Assembly: GCA_951406725.2 (NCBI GenBank)
Contig: OX597818.1
Span: 115,754,001 to 115,818,000 of the forward strand
Source: Octopus vulgaris
Taxonomy: Eukaryota
Direction of reading: 5' to 3'
Length of the DNA: 64,000 nt
This document shows positions 56,418 through 64,000 of the stretch, one piece after another. Both the position numbers and the translations under genes were made by a program. Below the pieces are notes generated by a model. The model was given only the letters and a program-made list of their open reading frames with translations, was not told where the DNA came from and made no database searches. Position 1 is the stretch's first letter, and every line of letters starts with the position of its first letter.

Positions 56418-57392
56418 AAACATATATGTGTGTGTATGCATATATATATATATAATTCCAATATGTATGTATGCATATATATTTCCTTCTGAGAAGACAT
56501 AGAACCCATAAACCACCCTGCCCGGGTCACGGTGATTTTCTGAAGCCCTGAAAAGGGCGGAAATGCTACAATCATTGGAAAGCAGGAGAGTGGTAGGGAA
56601 TGAAATGCAAAGTATAGAAAACACTTTGTCTTTGGATTCCTTCCAACTTCACAGAACGAATTACACTTTTGTGAATCTTGGTCCGGGAAACCCGCTAGTT
56701 TGACTGACACTGAAATCTTCTGTAGGGCCCGCGACTGTAAACGAAAAATTAGCAGTAAAAATACATATGTTCGAGCAAGTTCGATGGGTGATGAACAGTG
56801 TGAGAATCCTCTGGAAGAGACCGTTTGGGTGATAGACTTAGACTGTCACCCAATTTAACCCCAACACCTAGCCATTGGGTGTCTTTTGCGGTGGCCAATT
56901 TGTCGCAGCCATTAAGGCCAGATCTCCAGGATGAGGACACCTTATGCTTTCTTCCTTTGCCCAACTTGAAGCCCCTGGAAAGTGTCATAGCCGCTGCTTC
57001 TCTTCATTTGATTGGGTGATGAAACCCGTGGCTTTCAACCAGGGTACATATGACTCCTGGGGTCCACATAAGACTTTGATGCTAAGATGTATGTGCAATT
57101 TGTTGGTTTTACTTCCACAATAAACAAAATTCTTTAACGTTTTTGAAATATAATTCCTAATAATAATTACTCTTTTACTCTTTTACACGTTTCAGTCATT
57201 TGACTGCGACCATTCTGGAGCACCGCCTTTAGTCGAAGAATTAAACACCCCAGGACTTATTCTTTGTAAGCCTAGTACTTATTCTATCGGGCTCTTTTGC
57301 CGAACCGCCAAGTTTCGGGGGACATAAACACACCAACATCGGTTGTCAAGCATAAAGACACAGACGGTCAGACAGACAGACAGACACACACC

Positions 57393-57438
<46 letters not shown>

Positions 57439-57809
57439 TGTGTGTGTGAGTGTGGAATCGCAATGGCCCAGTGATTAGGGCAGCAGACTCGTGGCCATAG
57501 GATCACGATTTCGATTCCCAGACTGGGTGTTGTGAGTGTTTATTAAACGAAAACACCTAAAGCTCCACGTGGCTCTGGCAGAGGGAGGTGGCGAACAACT
57601 TTCTCTCACTCTTTCTTCTTGTTTCTGTTGTTCCTGTGTTTCAAAAGGGCCAGCCTTATCACACTCTCTGTGACGCTGAATCACCCCAAGAACTACGTTA
57701 AGAGTACATGTGCCTGTGGAGTGCTCAGCCACTTGCACGTTAATTTCACGAGCAAGCTGTTCCGTTGGTCGTATCAACTGAACCCTCATCGTTGTAACCG
57801 ACGGAGTGC

Positions 57810-57855
<46 letters not shown>

Positions 57856-58858
57856 GACGGGCTTCTTTCAGTTTCCGTCAAGCAAATCCACTCACAAGGC
57901 TTTGATCGGCCTGAGGCTATAGTAAATGACAATAGCCCAAGGTGCCACGCAGTGGTACGGAACCCAGAACCATGCTGTTTGTAAGCAAGCTTCCTACCAC
58001 ACAGACACTCCTACGCCACATGTGAAACTTATTGGTTTTACTTCTACAAATTACAAAATTTTAAAACATTTTTTAAAATATAATTTCAAATTATATTTAA
58101 TTACAAAAATATGATAGAATTTTTTTTAAACATTGAATGGGCATGAGGGTCCGTCCGAGTAGAATAGAAACCAACGGTTGAGAATCACTGCATTAAACAA
58201 TTATAAGCGATACACGTAACCAAGCGATTGAATTAATAGAGATCGATAAAATAAATGCCACGAGTAAATAAGCACGGGGGTTATTTATGGTCGATTAAAG
58301 AGAAAACCCTAGAAGGCTGTTTCACAACATGGCCGCAGTTCTGTGGTTGGAAGCCGTAAAGAAGTAATGCACAAGAGGCATGAGTCGGTGCAACGTGAGG
58401 TTTAGAACTGTTCGCTGGTAACAGTAATATTATAAGCAATTAGATACAGATTTTACGATTATCCATTAATTCCATCGTAGATAAGTAAAAAAAAAAAAAG
58501 TAAGTGTATTAAGCTAATCTCTGAAATCTAATCCTTTTTTTTAGTTTATAGTATGAAATGTTTTGTTATATAATTTTTAAACAGAATAACAACCTTTGTC
58601 ACATTTAAAAATATTGGTAGCTGAAGACATGTTGGGGGGTGAGGGTGAAAGAGAGAGTGAGGGGGAGGAGAGAGGAATGGAGAGAGGAATGGAGAGAGGG
58701 AGAGATACAGAGCGAGACAGTGAGGGCGAGAGAGAAAGTGAGAGATAAAGCGGGAGAGGTAGAGAGATAGAAAGAGGGGAGGCACAGAGAAAGAAAAAGA
58801 GGGGGACGATAAAAGTGAGAGAAAAGAGAAAGAGAGGGAGTTGTTGTTGTTGTTGGTT

Positions 58859-58924
<66 letters not shown>

Positions 58925-58968
58925 CAAGAAGAAGAAGAGAAAGTAATAGCAGTAGAAGAATCAGTAGT

Positions 58969-59002
<34 letters not shown>

Positions 59003-59305
59003 GTAGTAGTAGTAGTAGGTTGTGGATGGAAAAAGAGTAGAGATTATAGACTAAGGCAGAGAGAAAACGAGAAAAGGAAAAATAATTAAAATGGCGGTTT
59101 TGAGAGAAAATGTTTTGTATGTAAGAAAGAGAAGAAAAAGAAAGAGAGAGAAAAGAGAGGGAGAGAGGGAGGGAGAAAGAAAGAGGGATAGAGAAAGAGA
59201 AAAATAGAAAGCGTGGAAGAAACGGACGTATATAGGAAGGGGAGGTGAATGTAAAGAGGATAAAGTATTCTGAGAGGATAAAAGTAGAGACAGAGAGGCT
59301 ATGAA

Positions 59306-59339
<34 letters not shown>

Positions 59340-59588
59340 TGTGTGTGTGTACGTGTGTACGCTCGAGTGGGTGTGGGCGAAAGAGAAATGAAAGGAAAGA
59401 CGAATACACGGAGAGAAACCGACTGAGACAAGTAAAAAATATGGACGATGGGGCAAAAGAAAATAAAGCTAGAAGATATGAAGGAAGGATAGGTGGCGGG
59501 GGTGGTGAAAGTGTGAGGAGAGAAATGAGACAGATGGTGGCGTAATGGAGATGGTAGAGAGGGAGAGAGAATGAGAGACGCTGGCTGA

Positions 59589-59650
<62 letters not shown>

Positions 59651-59757
59651 AAGAAAGGGAGAGAAGAAACTGGAAAATCTGTAAAATAGACTTAATGAGA
59701 CGAGGTTTAATGTGAACCGTTGTTTCTGATGTGGAGTGTAAGAGCCATTTATACATT

Positions 59758-59913
<156 letters not shown>

Positions 59914-59970
59914 CCATGATAGATCGGTAGCCACTACACAGATTTTTTTCTCTTGTTTGTTTCTGTGTTC

Positions 59971-60006
59971 CTTTCTGTAGAAGAGCGTAGGCTCGAAACG
60001 TAAAAG
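59971..60006 (+). ncRNA. Variant minimal hammerhead-like motif (CUGUAGA core)
   Basis: cttt CTGTAGA a gagc gtag gctc GAAAC GTA aaag; decayed relative at ~22012-22044. Confidence 0.35.
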
Positions 60007-60549
60007 ACTTTTTTCTATTCCCGAGCGTTATACTAATACATCTGTTTGTTGTCTAAACCACCTGTCTTCGTCTTTTGGGGTTTTTTTCGTGAATTTTTAT
60101 AAATTTATTATTGGGTCTGAATTGAAACAATTGTAAGGTTATAATATTTATATTACATTATCTTATAATAATAATATATTTTATACATAATTTACAATGG
60201 ACGGATATATATCCTCATCTTATTTGTTGTTATCACAAAGAGAGACAGACAGACAGAAATAAAGAGCGAAAGAGAGCCTTCATTTGGTGTTCTGTTTCGA
60301 ACCTAACCCTTTATTTGACTAATAGGGTACACTGATGTCATTTTTCTGTTGATATTATTTTTCAGTAACTTAGAATCCGAGGGTTAGTAGTCCGTGCTCT
60401 TATCCACTACACTATATGCCAGTGGGCAATTATCGAGTGAATTTTAGAGCTTTTAAACCTAGTATTTTATCTATACTTAATACTGGTTTCCATATTACAT
60501 TCATGTCAGCACTAAGTCTGCTTAGGTTGGGTTCGAAATTCCACCAGAA

Positions 60550-60591
60550 CACCTGATGACGACTGGAGAGTACATCAGCCGAAACGTTGTG
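60550..60591 (+). ncRNA. Penelope-type minimal hammerhead-like motif
   Basis: cac CTGATGA c gactg..cagcc GAAAC GTT gtg; a relative with GAAA>GAGA lies at 48991-49036. Confidence 0.45.
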
Positions 60592-60737
60592 ATAGCAACA
60601 AACAAGATGAGGACAAATATCCGTCCATTATAAATAAAGTACACAATTCCTAATCTCAAAAATATAGAATAGTATTAAAATGTGTTAATCGCAAATCTCC
60701 ATTTTCTTTTCATTTATATATATATATGTGTGTGTGC

Positions 60738-60776
<39 letters not shown>

Positions 60777-61665
60777 TGCGCACGTGTGTGTGTGTATACA
60801 TGTATATACTTTATTTGTGGGTTATCCAAGATGGGGACGAACACTAACGTTCCATGTGAAAGACTTGGTAATTGTTAAGAGATATGTCTCTCTTAACATG
60901 AAACCAATGGTAGCCTAGTTAACTCACAAATAAAGAATATTCTTCCATTAATGTGATGTTGAACACTCATTCTCACGGTTTAATATACATACATACATAC
61001 ATGCATACATACATACATACATACATACATACATACATACATACATACATACATACATACATACATACATACATACATGACATACATATATATGACGGGA
61101 TCAACAACTCTGAGTTGTCTGTTTTCTGCAGATGTGTAGAAATTCCTTGCAAAGATAGGATACCATCTTCTTCCAAATTAACGTAGGAACTCCGAACAGC
61201 TGACCGTTTTATCCACATTCTCACCCCCAATCGTGGCTTTAATGGAAGTCGAGTGAATAAACATGTGTAAAGTGGAGAGGTCCTTGAAGCAAGGTCAGGT
61301 GTTGAAAGACTTCATGCTATTCTATGTAGGAGTAATAGTAACTAGGAATTTAAGGGGTCTCTAGTATGCCTGTATGATAATGTTCTTAGCTGACCAGTCA
61401 GAATGGATCTTGTCGAATGGAAATACTTTTGGGAAGGTCTAGATCTAGTGCTGGATTAACCATTAATACAAAACCACGTGCTTAAAACTTAAAGGGAAAG
61501 AGAGCAAGAGAGGAATACATACATACATACATACATACATACATACATACATACATACATACATACATACATACATACATACATACATACATACATACAT
61601 ACATACATACATACATACATACATACATACATACATACATACATACATACATACATACATACATA

Positions 61666-62011
61666 AAGATGAGCTGCCCTGCAGATATAAATATCTCTGA
61701 AAATCAAAGAAAAAGAGGATATCAATGGATAGCTGCTTCGAAACCTCCAGCTTCTATATCCAGATCATGAATTCACATTCATACCAATAATAATTGAAAA
61801 TCTAGAATAAACGAAAATCTAGATGAACTGGAATTTTCAGAGAGAGAGAAATCGACCAGCTGATTCGTACATTACAAGTGCAGTCTGTGAGTGGAACAGT
61901 ACAAATATGCAAGACTTTTCTCAAGTTCCAAATGTGAATTGGAACTTGTATCTTTGTTGGAAACCGGCTCCCTCCTCAGTAGAAGATTTATAATAATTAA
62001 AAAATAGAAGA
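61666..62011 (+). mobile_element. R4/Dong-like (RLE) non-LTR retrotransposon 3' fragment
   Basis: Degenerate MSCPADINI..KEKEDI...LLRNLQLLYPDHEFTFIPIII...LIRTLQVQSVSGTVQICKTFLKFQM*; flanked by (TACA)n. Confidence 0.7.
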
Positions 62012-62912
62012 TACATACATACATACATACATACATACATACATACATACATAAAAGAAAATTACGCTGTGGTTGACGTTGAAATTCCAATGGAGGAACC
62101 TTGGATCTAGGTTAGAAACCTGTTCTTTCTCTATTGGCAAGAAATCTTGAAATAAACTGAATTATGACATACATACATACATACATACATACATACATAC
62201 ATACATACATACATACATACATACATACATACATACATACACACGGATGAAATCAGTATCAATGGCCGTCCAACTGCTGGGAGATTTTGTTTAAACATTT
62301 CTCTTGAAGAAGGAAAGCTCTGTTATAACACCTGTCACTACGTTTTGCATCCATTGATGTATGGAAATTCTTCTTTTGGGGCAAATGCATACACTGCTTA
62401 GACAGTGTGAGAGGGCCCCGTGCAAGGTCTTTCCTCGTTCTAAAATGATTCAGGTACAAATATCGCTCGATTTTAGACGTCTCTATTATGTGTTGCATAG
62501 TGTAAAAAGCTGTTGCCGAGAATTAAACATTTCGTGAGAATGAGGAAATGAAGGTATATGTCAGCGCGGGGTGGGGTGGGGTAACTTTATGAACACCTGC
62601 TGCAGGGGACATTCATCGTTGCTACACAGGTGCAAAAGAGTGTGGGTCTCTGCAAGACTGAAAAGCCATGACTAGAGCTGTTCATGTTTAAGAGAACAAT
62701 CATGTGATGATATTTCTCGAAACTAAGTTGCACCTATCATGTATGTATGTATGTATGAATGTATGTATGTATGTATGTATGTATGTATGTATGTATGTAT
62801 GTATGTATGTATGTATGCCTGTATGTATGCATGCATACATACATACAAACATACATATGTGTGCATGGGTGCGTGTACAAATATATGTGTGTGCATATAT
62901 ATACATATATAC

Positions 62913-62979
<67 letters not shown>

Positions 62980-63408
62980 GTATATATATGCACGAGAATA
63001 TGCTCACATACACACAAATACCAGGATTCGATTCATGAGTCACTTATCAAAGTGTGGCACTCGCTTTATTTTCCACTATTGCAGTTAATCACTATGATTT
63101 CTCAGCAAGACATGTTCGAGTTGGAATCCAGATAACTAGAAGAACCCACTAGGGAGACAGCTGTAGTAACTGAGACCAGCTGACTGTGCTTATGATTTAA
63201 CAAACTGCAAATAGGAGCTTTCTGCAGGCGAAGTGTACAGGCTCAGAGATGAAACGCTCTATGATCCTGAAATTATAGCATGACAACATCAATTCTGAAC
63301 AAAGACATGCAAATAAGATGCCTTCTGATGAGATTCCAGTTTCATATCTATCGTATTCCAAGCAGCGGTATTTACCGTATCTATCGTATTCAGAGCAGCG
63401 GCATTTAC

Positions 63409-63615
63409 CATGTTGAATCGACAGTGTAATCCGGGGGGCACTTTGTAAAGTAGTTGATGGTGCAATCGTCCCGAATATTATTTTTACACAGTTCGAATCC
63501 TGTTCGAGGGCCCGTGCGTCCTTGTGTGCAAGGGAGAGATAAGATTCCGGAGAACTTAGTAAAGAACATCTGAGCCCAACGATTAAAATGCTTTACGTTT
63601 TCTAAGTGCATCTTA
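63409..63615 (-). CDS. Candidate internal exon of an unidentified gene entering from the right edge
   Basis: ctatccag acceptor, gtaaat donor, 207 nt, open (KMHLENVKHFNRWAQMFF...CTQGRTGPRTGFELCKNNIRDDCTINYFTKCPPDY...); non-repetitive; no confident family. Confidence 0.35.
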
Positions 63616-64000
63616 CTGGATAGATATTAACCTTATCGATGTAAATACATTATTACCGATGTCAGATAACTGTTAAGTATCTTCTTTTCCCAGTTTTTCT
63701 TGGTGACTAATCAATAAGAAGTCAATGTTTTAATTATATGAGAAGCACATAAGCAGAACATTTAGAAGCTGGGGTCAAACCAGAGCGACCCCGCCCCTAA
63801 ATAACGTACGTTAAGAGATTTTATGCCGTCTTCTACGTGTGGAAGGTGAGCAGGGAGTCAAAATTTCCCTTCGACTGTCCTGTGCTACTATTGTTACTCA
63901 GTATCAATCTAAGTCGTTTCTCATTTCTTTATTGCCCACAAGGGACTAAACATAGAGGGGACAAACAAGGACAGACATAGGGATTAAGTCGATTACATCG

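Noticed and set aside
55310-56710. Long ORFs of MYVC/HTYI/YI repeats here and at many other positions
   Set aside because: Translations of (GTAT)n, (TA)n and (CA)n microsatellites, not genes
58505-58535. Cluster of Otx/Crx-type sites (TAAGCT, TAATCT, TAATCC) ~14 kb upstream of arrestin
   Set aside because: Short AT-rich motifs are expected by chance; no conservation data

Overview
AT-rich, microsatellite- and SINE-dense eukaryotic DNA, most likely an octopus (inferred from the arrestin sequence and the repeat landscape). Two convergent spliced genes were reconstructed by hand. On the + strand are three coding exons (58-4663) of a USPL1-like SUMO isopeptidase (peptidase C98), ending in a long Ser/Thr-rich exon with a 12-aa repeat. 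On the - strand is a 13-coding-exon, ~405-aa cephalopod visual-type arrestin (44400-15986); all junctions are GT-AG and phase-consistent, and exon 1 is tentative. Introns and intergenic DNA hold three tRNA-derived SINE families, RTE LINE 3' ends, a degenerate DD37D (maT) transposon, a Helitron helicase fragment and several MITEs. The least expected signal is a set of type I hammerhead ribozyme (HHR) motifs from several unrelated Penelope/retrozyme-like families. One is intact and sense-oriented in arrestin intron 2, one lies in a 533-bp partially tandem unit, and two form an inverted pair in the last intron. There are also several R4/Dong-like retrotransposon 3' ends, all embedded in (TACA)n in the same orientation. 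Most ORF-track entries are microsatellite artefacts. No database search or folding program was run; family assignments rest on recalled motifs.
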